Part shown: positions 54,611-64,000 of the stretch, piece after piece
Numbering within the stretch: position 1 is the first letter of the stretch
Layout of the letters: each line of letters starts with the position of its first letter
Source of the DNA: Candidatus Nomurabacteria bacterium GW2011_GWC2_42_20
Lineage (GTDB): Bacteria > Patescibacteriota > Minisyncoccia > Phycocordibacterales > UBA1550
Direction of reading: 5' to 3'
Length of the DNA: 64,000 nt
NCBI GenBank assembly: GCA_000998425.1
Contig: LCDG01000002.1
Coordinates: 35,178 to 99,177, forward strand
Position numbers and translations under genes: made by a program
The notes under the pieces: model-generated
What the model saw: only the letters and a program-made list of their open reading frames with translations
What the model was told of the DNA's origin: nothing
The model's database searches: none

Positions 54611-55930
54611 ATGAACCGAAAAACACTTATTATCATAATCTCACTTATCATCCTTGTTAGTATTGGAGGATATTTCTTTTTGTCTAAAAAAGCTCCTGTG
54701 GCCACACCGATAGATGGCACTTTCCCTGGGGGTGGTGGTTCATTTACTGGAACAGGCAGTATGGGTGGCGACGATACTCTATCAGGCGGTGATGCATTCA
54801 TCCCAGGGTCAAGCATGCCTCTCCCACGCCTTTATGAGCTACATAAGGTTCCAGTAGCTGGTATAGGATTTATAGAGGAAGGAAAGAGCCCAAACAACAC
54901 TATTGTTGCCCGCTATATTGAGCGCGGACTTGGGCATATATACGAGACTCAGCTTGCCACACTTGTTGAATCTCGTATTGTAAACGAAACTCGTCCACGT
55001 ATTATGGAAGCATTGTGGGGTAATGGTGGTAAAAGTGTTGTTGTTAGATTTATTGACGACAAAGATGGTTTCTCAGTTGTAAAAACAAATATCGTTAACG
55101 TTGGAGGGATTACCACATCATTTGCTCGTAGCACATCAACAGAAATGATATCTGATTTTATAACGACAGAAGAGACAAGCCTCCCCGACCATATCCCATT
55201 CATGGCGACGGTTGAGGATGGTGGAAATAAAATTTTTTATCTCGAGAACGGAGTTAATGCTTCTACTGGGGCCCTAGCGACATTTAATGATTTTAGTGTT
55301 TCGACAATATTTAGTTCCTCTTTTACAGAGTGGCTTCCTCAGTTCCCAAACCAAAACCTTATTACACTAACCACAAGACCTTCAGCAAAAGTAGCCGGAC
55401 ATCTTTTCTTTATAAGCCCAAAGAATAAATCGGTTACAAAAATTCTTGGCGGAATAAATGGCCTCACCACACTCACTAGTCGTGACGGGAAACATGTCCT
55501 CTTTGCGGAGACGATGGGGGATGCGCCAGAACTCTCTGTGTATGATGTCGCAAACAAGAACACCAATCATTTCCTACTACACACACTTCCTGAAAAATGT
55601 GTGTGGGGTTCCAAAAATTCAACTATGGCATACTGCGCTATCCCTCAAAGCATCCCCGTAGCGACATACCCTGACCAGTGGTACCAAGGTCTTGTAGCAT
55701 TTTCAGATGCTTTGTGGAGTATAGACACAGAGACAGGTGATGTTGCAAAGATTATGACTCCTGGCGACTATAGAGCCGCTAATCTTGATATGATTAACCT
55801 AGCTCTTTCGTCAGACGATTCACATCTCGTATTTATGAATAAAACATCTGGGACACCATGGGTGTATCGTATTGCGGAAATATCTACACCCACGACAGAT
55901 ATATCAACAACAACTGTTTCTGGTATGTAG
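54611..55930 (+). CDS. membrane-anchored extracytoplasmic protein, hypothetical
   Basis: N-terminal TM helix LIIIISLIILVSIGGYFFL. Gly-rich linker. Confidence 0.45.
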   Translation: MNRKTLIIIISLIILVSIGGYFFLSKKAPVATPIDGTFPGGGGSFTGTGSMGGDDTLSGGDAFIPGSSMPLPRLYELHKVPVAGIGFIEEGKSPNNTIVARYIERGLGHIYETQLATLVESRIVNETRPRIMEALWGNGGKSVVVRFIDDKDGFSVVKTNIVNVGGITTSFARSTSTEMISDFITTEETSLPDHIPFMATVEDGGNKIFYLENGVNASTGALATFNDFSVSTIFSSSFTEWLPQFPNQNLITLTTRPSAKVAGHLFFISPKNKSVTKILGGINGLTTLTSRDGKHVLFAETMGDAPELSVYDVANKNTNHFLLHTLPEKCVWGSKNSTMAYCAIPQSIPVATYPDQWYQGLVAFSDALWSIDTETGDVAKIMTPGDYRAANLDMINLALSSDDSHLVFMNKTSGTPWVYRIAEISTPTTDISTTTVSGM

Positions 55931-55952
55931 AGACTTGCGTAGCCAGAAAATA

Positions 55953-55990
55953 AAAACACCTAGACAATCTAGATTGTCTAGGTGTTTTTA
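55953..55990 (+). terminator. rho-independent terminator
   Basis: aaaaacacctagacaatctagattgtctaggtgttttt. Confidence 0.7.
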
Positions 55991-56147
55991 TTAGCGACGT
56001 AGAGCGAGCGAAGTGAGAATGTACTCATTCACACTTCCGAGCCGAGGAGTTAATATAGGTAAATACCGCGTGGTATCTGCCACGCTTTTGCACGAGCGAA
56101 ACGAGTCCAAACATTACCCTGCGGTCTTTGCCGCAGGGACCTATATT
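55986..56147 (+). repeat. intergenic repeat element, copy B
   Basis: ttttattagcgacgtagagcgagcg...ttccgagccgagg...aatataggt...ccgcgtggtatctgccacgcttttgcacgagc...ctgcggtctttgccgcagggacctatatt. Confidence 0.6.
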
Positions 56148-56157
56148 TTCTGGTTGC

Positions 56158-56886
56158 TTAGTCTTTGATCTCCTCTGCTTTTCTCTTTACATAAAGCTCG
56201 TGTCCAATTGAAAATAGATTGCTTGTTGTCCAATATAGAGCCACTGCTGCTGAAATAGAGTAGGAGATACCGAAAACTATCACAGGCAACATATATCGCA
56301 TCTGTACATTAAAACTCCTTGCAAAATCATCTTTAAACGACGGTTTTGCCCCTTTTTCAGCTGGCGCCATTGGGGGAATAGAAAGCTTAATCTGATAATA
56401 CTGAGTGATTGCCGCAAGCAGTGCGAGGATTATGCTTTTTTTAGAGAGAACAATTCCCAAGAACATCATGCTGACGACTGAAGGCACATGAACGAATGAG
56501 TATAGGTGTTCTGGGTTGAGGTTTGGTAGACCTTTGAAAAATACAAAGTAAAGCGCAAAAATAACTGGAAGTTGTATTAAAACAAGAAGACACCCAGAAA
56601 ATGGATTTATCCCGTGCTCCTTGTAGAGCTCCATTGTTTTGCGAGCCTGCTCTTGCTTGTTGTCCTTATGTTTTTCTTTTAGTTTCTCGAGATGTGGCGC
56701 AAGAGATCGCATTTTTGCTTGCGACACAACAGACTTATGAGACAAAGGAAGAAGCACTGATCGCACAACAACAGTAAGTATAATAATGGCAACCCCAACG
56801 TTTGCCCCTGGAACAGCTGCAAGTATTAAAACAAGTGTATTATATAGGGGCTTATAAAAAACCGTCGAAAAAAATCCTGATTCCAT
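56158..56886 (-). CDS. yidC: membrane protein insertase YidC (short form)
   Basis: Five TM helices, YidC/Oxa1 core. Follows yidD, rnpA and rpmH. Confidence 0.85.
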   Translation of the reverse strand: MESGFFSTVFYKPLYNTLVLILAAVPGANVGVAIIILTVVVRSVLLPLSHKSVVSQAKMRSLAPHLEKLKEKHKDNKQEQARKTMELYKEHGINPFSGCLLVLIQLPVIFALYFVFFKGLPNLNPEHLYSFVHVPSVVSMMFLGIVLSKKSIILALLAAITQYYQIKLSIPPMAPAEKGAKPSFKDDFARSFNVQMRYMLPVIVFGISYSISAAVALYWTTSNLFSIGHELYVKRKAEEIKD

Positions 56887-56952
56887 TTGAGTATACTAGC
56901 GTAAATAGTTCTTTTTAGGAAGAGGTAAAATATCCTGCTCTATGACTTGTGG

Positions 56953-57183
56953 TTAGTGAAGTGGGTCTATATGATTCTTTTGCCATGGGTGGCAACGGAG
57001 GATGCGACGGAAGCCCATAAAAAGCCCTTTAGTTGCTCCATATTTAGACACAGCCTGCTTTGTGTATTCTGAGCATGTTGGATAAAAAACACAAGTTGTT
57101 CCTTTCTTAAGAGAAAGTACCCCAGTGTCTAGGGATAGAAACTTTTGATAAAAGTTTATGGTGGAAATAACAATTTTTCGCAT
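56953..57183 (-). CDS. yidD: membrane protein insertion efficiency factor YidD
   Basis: ...CVFYPTCSEYTKQAVSKYG... Confidence 0.85.
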   Translation of the reverse strand: MRKIVISTINFYQKFLSLDTGVLSLKKGTTCVFYPTCSEYTKQAVSKYGATKGLFMGFRRILRCHPWQKNHIDPLH

Positions 57184-57188
57184 AAATG

Positions 57189-57560
57189 CTATTTAATTAA
57201 CTTCGCCAACCTAAACGCTTTTTCTACTTCTCGGCTTAACTCCTCAAAAGTTGCTTTGTGCGCATCAATCTTGGGATAAACAACAATTGTTGTTGGTGTA
57301 AGTAATTTTTTAAAGTTTTGATCTAACAATTCATAAAACCTACGTCTTAGCCTGTTTCTTACAACAGCAGTTTTGGCTGTTTTTTTTGAGACTACTACCG
57401 ACGCACGACTTTCTAAGCCACATCGTTCGCATCCTGATGGTATTCCTTTGTTGCTGGGCTTGTAGAAAACCGCTGAAAAAAACGGTGAAAAGGTCCTAAA
57501 CCCCTGCATCTTATGTGTAGGGAAGTCCTTTCTTAGGATGCGGTTCTTGCTAGGAAGCAT
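57189..57560 (-). CDS. rnpA: ribonuclease P protein component
   Basis: 123 aa, basic. ...VVSKKTAKTAVVRNRLRRR... motif. Position between rpmH and yidD. Confidence 0.8.
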   Translation of the reverse strand: MLPSKNRILRKDFPTHKMQGFRTFSPFFSAVFYKPSNKGIPSGCERCGLESRASVVVSKKTAKTAVVRNRLRRRFYELLDQNFKKLLTPTTIVVYPKIDAHKATFEELSREVEKAFRLAKLIK

Positions 57561-57650
57561 TTAGATTGAATTTTGAATGTAGGATATTGGATATCGAATG
57601 GATGTGGGCCCAATTCTACATTCTAGCTTCAATATTCAATATTCCACCCC

Positions 57651-57788
57651 CTACACCGTAGTTACACGCTTGCGCCCTTTTTGGCGACGCGCTTTCAAGA
57701 TATCGCGACCGCTTTTTGTTTCTGAGCGAACAAGAAAACCATGGGTTGTAGCGCGCTTTTTCTTCTTTGGTTGGTATGTTTGAGACAT
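57651..57788 (-). CDS. rpmH: 50S ribosomal protein L34
   Basis: Hand translation: [45 protein letters not shown]. Not in the ORF track; overlapped by a spurious ORF. Confidence 0.85.
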   Translation of the reverse strand: MSQTYQPKKKKRATTHGFLVRSETKSGRDILKARRQKGRKRVTTV

Positions 57789-57946
57789 AGTAGATACACT
57801 GTACACTATTTCTATAAAAAATCAAGATTGGTTCTATAGGCTTGCCCTCTTGTTTTTTTAGTATTCTAATATGTACTAAATTTCCTAAATAGTGCTCTTT
57901 GACATACAATACGCTGGTTAAGGTGTCAGAAAGCTGTGAGCTTTTA

Positions 57947-57966
57947 ATATCCACATGTTATCCACA
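57947..57966 (+). promoter_or_regulatory. two adjacent DnaA boxes upstream of dnaA
   Basis: aTATCCACAtgTTATCCACA. Confidence 0.7.
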
Positions 57967-58047
57967 CTGAATTCACCAACTCTTCCACTGTTGCACCTTT
58001 TTATATTTGCCTGACTCAGAATATAATAGAGTGACTGAAACAACCCT

Positions 58048-59406
58048 ATGACAAACAATACACAACTTTGGGAAAAAACATTATTTGAACTCGAGAGGGA
58101 GCTATCTCGTGCAAATTTTAGCACTTGGTTTAAAAACACGTCTATTTTAAAACAAGACGATGGTGTTGTTATTGTTGGTGTGCCTAATGAATTTGTAAAA
58201 GATTGGCTACAAAACAAATTCCACAAAACCATCCTTCGTTCTCTTCGAAATCTTTCTGAGAATGTCCGCGGAGTAGAATACACTGTTTGTAAAACAGAGA
58301 CACAAAAACCAGACCAAGGTGTTATTGAGAAGGCTATACACACCCAAACTACAGAACTCCCTTTAGTAAACCTTTACACAAACAAGGAAGATGGATTAAA
58401 CCCTCGATACACTTTTGACGATTTCATCATTGGATCGTTCAACGAACTCTCATTTGCCGCATCACAAGCTATCCTTAAAAAAGTAGGTACTAATGTTTAT
58501 AACCCGCTTTTTATTTATGGAAACACCGGCCTTGGAAAAACACATCTTATCCAGGCGATAGGTAACGAGGTTAAAAAACACTACCCAAACAAACGTGTTT
58601 TTTACACAACTTCCGAAAAATTCTCTGTTGATTATATAAACTCGGTTGGTCAGGGCTCCAAAGCTATGGCTATTTTCAAAAATAAATATAGACATTACGA
58701 CCTGCTTATTATGGATGATATACAATTCTTATCTAACAAAGAAAAGACCCAAGAAGAGCTTTTTCATATTTTTAATGAGCTTTACCATAACAATAAACAA
58801 ATAATCTTTTCTTCTGACAAGCATCCAAATTATATTCCAGCTCTTGAGGCTCGTTTAAAGTCGCGTTTTAGCGCTGGAATGATTGTTGATATTCAAGAAC
58901 CTGAATATGAATCTCGTCTCGCTATTTTGCGCGCAAAAGCTAAGCATCAAAAATTTTTCCCTCCTGAGGAGATTATTGAGTACCTTGCTTCCTCTGTTCA
59001 AGGGAACATCAGGGAGCTTGAAGGTCTTTTAAATGGTATTATTTGCCAATCTGAACTTAAAAACCGTAACCTTACACTGAGTGAGATAAAACCTTTTATT
59101 AAAAACACTTCAAAACCAAAAAAACTTTTAGCCGTGAAAGATATCGTAAAAGTTATTTGCGAGTTTTATAATATAGAAGAATCCTTTATTTATGAAAAAA
59201 CGCGAAGGAAAGAGATTTTAAAACCTCGCCAAATAGCTATGTTTATACTTCGTGAGGATTTTAATATTTCCTACCCAACAATTGGCCAAAAGTTGGGTGG
59301 TCGTGATCATACCACCGTGATGCATTCGTGTGAAAAGGTAAAAATTGATATAAAAAATGATTTATCTCTTATGCAGGAAGTTGATCAGATACGAGCGATG
59401 TTTTAA
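58048..59406 (+). CDS. dnaA: chromosomal replication initiator protein DnaA
   Basis: Walker A GNTGLGKTHL, Walker B LLIMDDIQF, C-terminal DNA-binding helix ...IGQKLGGRDHTTVMH. Confidence 0.95.
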   Translation: MTNNTQLWEKTLFELERELSRANFSTWFKNTSILKQDDGVVIVGVPNEFVKDWLQNKFHKTILRSLRNLSENVRGVEYTVCKTETQKPDQGVIEKAIHTQTTELPLVNLYTNKEDGLNPRYTFDDFIIGSFNELSFAASQAILKKVGTNVYNPLFIYGNTGLGKTHLIQAIGNEVKKHYPNKRVFYTTSEKFSVDYINSVGQGSKAMAIFKNKYRHYDLLIMDDIQFLSNKEKTQEELFHIFNELYHNNKQIIFSSDKHPNYIPALEARLKSRFSAGMIVDIQEPEYESRLAILRAKAKHQKFFPPEEIIEYLASSVQGNIRELEGLLNGIICQSELKNRNLTLSEIKPFIKNTSKPKKLLAVKDIVKVICEFYNIEESFIYEKTRRKEILKPRQIAMFILREDFNISYPTIGQKLGGRDHTTVMHSCEKVKIDIKNDLSLMQEVDQIRAMF

Positions 59407-59636
59407 AGGTGTGGATAAAGTGTTAGTAAGTAAAAAAATTTATGTTAATAATTACTAATAAATCTATTATAAAAAATTATGAATAAATCTTATAAACAGT
59501 TTTGTAAAACTTATCCACAAAATATTAATATACTTATCTTTAGTAAAGACTTATTAATTAATGATATTATTAAGTTATCCACATATCCACATATACAATA
59601 TTAATAATAAGTATTTATATATTAATAATAAACAAC
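59407..59636. promoter_or_regulatory. oriC: AT-rich dnaA-dnaN spacer with four DnaA boxes
   Basis: Boxes at 59410-59418 (reverse), 59512-59520, 59576-59584 and 59585-59592. Very AT-rich unwinding region. Confidence 0.75.
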
Positions 59637-60737
59637 ATGAACTTCACTTGTAATAGAACTGATTTACAAAAATGTATAATGAACGCTGAGAGAGTAACTA
59701 ACAAGAACTCGTCTTTACCAATTCTTAATTCAGTACTTCTAGCAACGAATAATAATACACTAATCATCCGTGCGACAAACCTAGAAGTAGGTGTAGAGTT
59801 TCAAATTCCAGCTGAAATAAAAACAGAAGGGAGTATCGCAGTTTCAGGGTCACTCATTTCAAATATTCTAATAAGCATCCCAGACGAAGAAAAAATAAAT
59901 ATCTCTGTAATAAATAATGTTTGCAAAATAACAACAAAAAATAAGAATATTACAGTTAAAGGGTTTATTCCAGATGATTTCCCAACAATACCGATTATAA
60001 ACGACGGGGAAAGTTTCACAATACAACCACAAAACTTGATTCATGGTATTAAGTCAGTGCTTATGAGTGCTGCAATATCTGATATAAAACCAGAGATTTC
60101 GAGTGTTTATATATATCAAAAAGAAAAATCATTAGTATTTGTAGCCACTGACTCTTTTAGATTGGCTGAAAAAAAAATAAATTACACAGGAGAAAGTATT
60201 TCACATGGAGTAATCATCCCTATAAAAAATATTATTGAGATAGTAAAAGTCTTTGAAATAATAGAAGAAAATATTTTATTTAAAATAACAAAGACACAAA
60301 TTTCATGTACAAGTAAATCAGTGTATATAACATCCAGGGTTATTCAAGGTATATACCCAGACTACGAACAAATTCTACCAAAAAACAACACAACAGAAGT
60401 TGTTATTTTGAAACAAGATTTGATTAATACTTTAAAATTATCAACACTATTCTCTGATAAATTTAATAAAATACAGTTTATTGTAGAACCAAAAGATAAA
60501 AAATGTTTAATTACAACAAAAAATTCTGATATAGGGGAAACAGAATCAAATTTAACTGTAACAATGTCAGGTGAGCCAATAGAGATTTTATTTAATGGTA
60601 AGCACTTATTTGATTGTTTAAATATAATAAACCAAGATAGTGTAATCATTCAATTTAATGGATTTAATAAACCAGCCGTGATCCGAGGTTTAGGAGATCA
60701 GTCATTTACTTATTTAACAATGCCACTCACTAAGTAG
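59637..60737 (+). CDS. dnaN: DNA polymerase III beta sliding clamp
   Basis: 366 aa directly after dnaA. ...LKLSTLFSDKFNKIQF... three-domain length. Confidence 0.9.
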   Translation: MNFTCNRTDLQKCIMNAERVTNKNSSLPILNSVLLATNNNTLIIRATNLEVGVEFQIPAEIKTEGSIAVSGSLISNILISIPDEEKINISVINNVCKITTKNKNITVKGFIPDDFPTIPIINDGESFTIQPQNLIHGIKSVLMSAAISDIKPEISSVYIYQKEKSLVFVATDSFRLAEKKINYTGESISHGVIIPIKNIIEIVKVFEIIEENILFKITKTQISCTSKSVYITSRVIQGIYPDYEQILPKNNTTEVVILKQDLINTLKLSTLFSDKFNKIQFIVEPKDKKCLITTKNSDIGETESNLTVTMSGEPIEILFNGKHLFDCLNIINQDSVIIQFNGFNKPAVIRGLGDQSFTYLTMPLTK

Positions 60738-60739
60738 AA

Positions 60740-60994
60740 ATGCTTAAATTAAACCAACTACTTGAGCGATTCAAGAATCTTACGAATAACGAAAAGGTAA
60801 GAAAACAGCTAATTGTTGAGGTTTTAGTAAATAATGAAATACCAATAAACATAAACCAGATATCAATATCAAAAAATACTATATTTATTAAAACAAAACC
60901 TATTATAAAAACAGAAGTTTTATTAAAAAAAGAAAAAATACTTAAACAGATAAAAGAAATCGGTTGTTTGTCTTTTATTTCAAATATTCAATAA
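60740..60994 (+). CDS. hypothetical small protein downstream of dnaN
   Basis: 84 aa, K/I-rich. Confidence 0.35.
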   Translation: MLKLNQLLERFKNLTNNEKVRKQLIVEVLVNNEIPININQISISKNTIFIKTKPIIKTEVLLKKEKILKQIKEIGCLSFISNIQ

Positions 60995-61058
60995 AAGCGG
61001 TGTTTACCATGGGTCCAGAACATACTAGTTCGTATGTGTCTCTAATATAACTGGATAC

Positions 61059-61180
61059 AATATTAGATCATCATTTAGCAAAATGACTTACGTGACGGCT
61101 CGGAAATGAGAATAGGTACACTCTTTAAAGTCTTCGTCCAAGACGCGAGTCTGCTGACTCGTCTACGTCTATAATAAAAA
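61059..61180 (-). repeat. intergenic repeat element, copy D (inverted orientation)
   Basis: Its reverse complement aligns with 7037..7160 (tttttatta[t]agacgtagacga...cgcgtcttggacgaaga...ctcatttccgagccg.cacgtaagtca.tttgctaa.tga...ctaatatt). Confidence 0.6.
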
Positions 61181-61183
61181 CTA

Positions 61184-63712
61184 CTACTGTTCTATTTGTA
61201 GTTGAGTTGTGTGAACACCCTTATTGAAGATTGAATCATAAACAACGACAGTAATAATATTATTCACCAACACAGAAGTAAGAGAGTTTGGTGTAAAAGA
61301 TATAGAGAAGGGCTCAGATGTTTTCTGTTCTAAAAGTTCATTATTCACAAAAAATTCAACGCGATTAACTGGATATTTACTTGCGACTGAAACAGAGATT
61401 GTAACAACCTCATCTATTTTGTGTACCGTGCTAAAGTCTGTACCAAATAAAGATATTACTGGGAGAGATTCAGGTGTGCGACTCGTATCATAATCACTTG
61501 GGATGCTACTACGATCACCCTCATTAATACTTTGTGTTAACACCCACTCACGAACAGGTATTTCCCATAATGCGTATTGTGGGTCATTTTGAGGGGTTAA
61601 GAGAGGTAGACCCCTTGGTGCACTTTTATTAATCCAATGAAGAATATTGTGTACGTCTGACACCACTTCAACACTCTTCATTTCAACAGGTGTTGATTGT
61701 GTTGCCAGATTACCAGAAGCCTTGTCAATAATATACTTTTCACCACCTTTCCATATTCCTTGAAGTGGGGCAGGGAGAGCTGTTAGATCCTCAGTCTCTG
61801 GTTGGATAAAGCGTTCTGATGGGGTAAGCTTCATTGCTTCTACCATAAAATCATGCCAAACAGGTGTAATTATAAAACCAGCTATATTTTTATGTAAAGG
61901 AGTGTTGTCGTTATTGCCAGCCCACATACCAACCGCGATATGTGGTGTGTATCCAACTGTCCAAACATCACGAAAATCGTTCGTTGTACCCGTCTTCACG
62001 GCAACATCTTTACCAGGGAAATATAGTGCAGAATTAGCGCCAAACTCGGGTGTTCTAGCAACATTATCTGCCAAGATATTAGTAACCTTGCGCGCAATCT
62101 CGCTTGGGACTACTTGCTCGCTCGCCTGTTTGTACTCCTCAATAATTTTACCCTCTCTGTCTTCTATTCGAAGGATTCGTGTTGTTGGGTTTCGCACACC
62201 ATCGTTTGCAAAAACCCCATAAGCGCTCGTGAGGTCAAGCAGTGAAACCTCACCACCTCCAAGAACAAGGGTTAGACCGTATTGATTTGCCCCACCAAGA
62301 CTTTCTATTCCCATACGACGCGCCATTGTTAGTGAATCGGTAATACCTGCGAGGTAAAGGGTTTTTACCGCTGGAATATTTAGAGACTGAGCAAGAGCGT
62401 CACGCATCGAAACAGGACCACGATATTTACCGTCATAGTTTTCAGGCATATAACAATCTTCAGGCTTTATACCAGGAGAAAGGGGGGTTCCTTTGGCGTC
62501 GCAATTTGTACTAAAGTTTGTCGGTAAATCAAAAAGTGTTGTTTCTGGCGTGTACCCCTTCATAAAGGCAGTTCCGTATACAAAAGGTTTGAATGTCGAG
62601 CCTGGTTGTCTGTGTGCGAGTGTTACATTAAAATTACCCTCTTTTTCTACGTTAAAATAATCTCGTGAACCAACCATAGAGAGAACCTGCCCACTCGTAG
62701 GACTTATGGCGACTATCGCCATATTCGTTGCCTGAAAGTTTTTTTCAATATCAGGACCGCGGCTAACAATTATTTCCTCAGCCTTTTTTTGTAGTTCATA
62801 ATCAAGCGTTGTGATGACACGATAGCCGTTTTCCTCGATCGCAAGCTCGCCATATTTAGTAACTAAATACTCCTTCACCCACTCAACAAAATGCGGTGCC
62901 TTGATACCATATTTTTCACGAGGAAGAAATTCAACCTTTTCTATTTTAGCCTCGGCGTACTCATCGCTAGTAATGAAACCAAGAGCGTGCATCCGCTTCA
63001 AAACAAGCTCTTTGCGTTCATCCAGTTTGTCGCGGTGATTGCCGTAAGGAGAGAAGTAGGTTGGAGCGTTTGGTATTGCAGCTAGATATGCTGCTTGTGC
63101 AAGGGTAAGGTCGCTTGGGGTTTTGCCAAAAAAAGCAGCGCTAGCTTCACCTACGCCATAAATACTCCCACCATATGGAATCTCGTTTAAATAAAGAGCC
63201 AAGATTTCATACTTTGTAAAAGCTTGTTCAAGCCTGAATGAAAGAATAATCTCCTTCATTTTACGAGTGATAAGTTTTTCGTCTGTGAGAAGTGTTTTTT
63301 TAACAACCTGTTGCGTGATGGTTGATCCTCCACCGCGAGTGCCTCCATAAAGCACAGCGCGCGCTATCCCACGCAAGCTAATACCCATGTGTTCATAAAA
63401 AGCGGTATCCTCAATAGCCACAACAGCTTTTTTAACTAAAGGAGATATTTCTTCGAACGGAACAATTGTGCGTTTGATGTTTTGGTGTACGTCATAAAGG
63501 AGAATCTCGCCAGTGCGGTCATAAATTTTTGTTGACTGAGCTATTTTTCGTTCATGAAAACCTGCAAAATCCGGGAGCTTCATAAATGATGCCCAAAGAA
63601 TAATGGTGCTAGCAAAAAGAAAAGCGCTCCCAATAAAGAAAAGAAACACTGTTTTTAAGTGATGCAAAAAAGATCTAATTCTTTTTTTACGAGAGTGGGT
63701 GCGACGCGCCAT
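61184..63712 (-). CDS. class A penicillin-binding protein (transglycosylase + transpeptidase) with C-terminal extension
   Basis: N-terminal TM helix. GT51 motifs ...AVVAIEDTAFYEHMGIS...RGGSTITQQ.... TP motifs STFKPF, SLN, KTGT. Confidence 0.9.
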   Translation of the reverse strand: MARRTHSRKKRIRSFLHHLKTVFLFFIGSAFLFASTIILWASFMKLPDFAGFHERKIAQSTKIYDRTGEILLYDVHQNIKRTIVPFEEISPLVKKAVVAIEDTAFYEHMGISLRGIARAVLYGGTRGGGSTITQQVVKKTLLTDEKLITRKMKEIILSFRLEQAFTKYEILALYLNEIPYGGSIYGVGEASAAFFGKTPSDLTLAQAAYLAAIPNAPTYFSPYGNHRDKLDERKELVLKRMHALGFITSDEYAEAKIEKVEFLPREKYGIKAPHFVEWVKEYLVTKYGELAIEENGYRVITTLDYELQKKAEEIIVSRGPDIEKNFQATNMAIVAISPTSGQVLSMVGSRDYFNVEKEGNFNVTLAHRQPGSTFKPFVYGTAFMKGYTPETTLFDLPTNFSTNCDAKGTPLSPGIKPEDCYMPENYDGKYRGPVSMRDALAQSLNIPAVKTLYLAGITDSLTMARRMGIESLGGANQYGLTLVLGGGEVSLLDLTSAYGVFANDGVRNPTTRILRIEDREGKIIEEYKQASEQVVPSEIARKVTNILADNVARTPEFGANSALYFPGKDVAVKTGTTNDFRDVWTVGYTPHIAVGMWAGNNDNTPLHKNIAGFIITPVWHDFMVEAMKLTPSERFIQPETEDLTALPAPLQGIWKGGEKYIIDKASGNLATQSTPVEMKSVEVVSDVHNILHWINKSAPRGLPLLTPQNDPQYALWEIPVREWVLTQSINEGDRSSIPSDYDTSRTPESLPVISLFGTDFSTVHKIDEVVTISVSVASKYPVNRVEFFVNNELLEQKTSEPFSISFTPNSLTSVLVNNIITVVVYDSIFNKGVHTTQLQIEQ

Positions 63713-63783
63713 AAAGTAAATATGTTATAACACAAAATTAGCTTATGGGCGAGCGTTGATTCTTGTGATAAAATAGTTTCAAT

Positions 63784-64000
63784 ATGACAAAAGAGGAGAA
63801 AATTGAAGAAATATTAAAGCGAGGGGTCGCAGAAGTAATACATTTAGACATTCTGCGAGCAAAACTTCTCTCTGGAGAACCTCTTCGAATAAAGTTTGGA
63901 ACCGATCCGACGAGCCCCAATATACATCTCGGGCGCGCAACCGCTATTTGGAAACTTCGTGACCTGCAAGACCTTGGGCACAAAATTGTATTTATCGTAG
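63784..64000 (+). CDS. tyrS: tyrosine--tRNA ligase, N-terminal fragment (runs off the window end)
   Basis: ...KFGTDPTSPNIHLGRATAIWKLRDLQDLGHKIVFIV matches the class I HIGH region of TyrRS. Confidence 0.65.
   Translation, partial: MTKEEKIEEILKRGVAEVIHLDILRAKLLSGEPLRIKFGTDPTSPNIHLGRATAIWKLRDLQDLGHKIVFIV

Noticed and set aside
57616-57954. 112-aa minus-strand ORF and 61-aa plus ORF (57598..57783) over the rpmH region
   Set aside because: A different frame of the same DNA gives a textbook L34 protein ([18 protein letters not shown]...). The longer ORF also runs through the DnaA-box region.
1-64000. CRISPR arrays, rRNA genes, prophage or IS transposase genes
   Set aside because: No regularly spaced direct repeats with unique spacers, no rRNA-like sequence, and no transposase, integrase-capsid or terminase ORFs were seen. 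The only mobile-like features are the short intergenic repeat families.

Overview
This 64 kb window looks like a chromosomal segment from a small-genome bacterium. The truncated trigger factor, tandem pseudopilins, and tight packing of small hypothetical proteins suggest a Candidate Phyla Radiation / Patescibacteria-type lineage, but that is inference, not a search result.

It spans the replication origin region. On the minus strand are rpmH, rnpA, yidD and yidC. On the plus strand are dnaA and dnaN. DnaA boxes sit upstream of dnaA and in the dnaA-dnaN spacer.

The left ~7 kb is a type IV pilus locus on the minus strand. It holds a tandemly duplicated PilX-like minor pilin, three pseudopilins, PilC and PilB.

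The middle is mostly housekeeping: nusA, ppa, tig, rsmE, clpP, rny, hup, a two-component pair, a CDF transporter, four tRNAs (Trp, Pro, Gly, Arg), cca, xth, xerC/D-like, an SSS symporter, rpsO, comM/yifB, an M23/LysM peptidase, uvrD/pcrA and ksgA.

The most unusual block is roughly 41.7-56.0 kb, a compact type IV secretion-like cluster. It has a VirB4-like ATPase apparently split into an N-terminal ORF and an ATPase ORF, and a VirB3/PrgI-like two-helix protein. A VirB6/TrbL-like polytopic protein with a long coiled-coil tail is also present. Several secreted or membrane-anchored proteins are included. It has no obvious VirD4, VirB11 or relaxase. Two VirB2/TrbC-like pilin modules are nearly identical at the nucleotide level (about 250 bp each). 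They lie in inverted orientation ~9.3 kb apart and are fused to different large C-terminal domains, one with dockerin-like Ca-binding repeats.

Two families of short intergenic repeats recur. One is a 120-190 bp terminator-proximal element family: four full copies plus a fragment, with a hairpin showing compensatory substitutions between copies. The other is a TTCNATATTC-type heptamer array ending in TTCCACC, found next to pilus and rnpA/rpmH genes. Most calls rest on motif-level recognition. No database search was possible.
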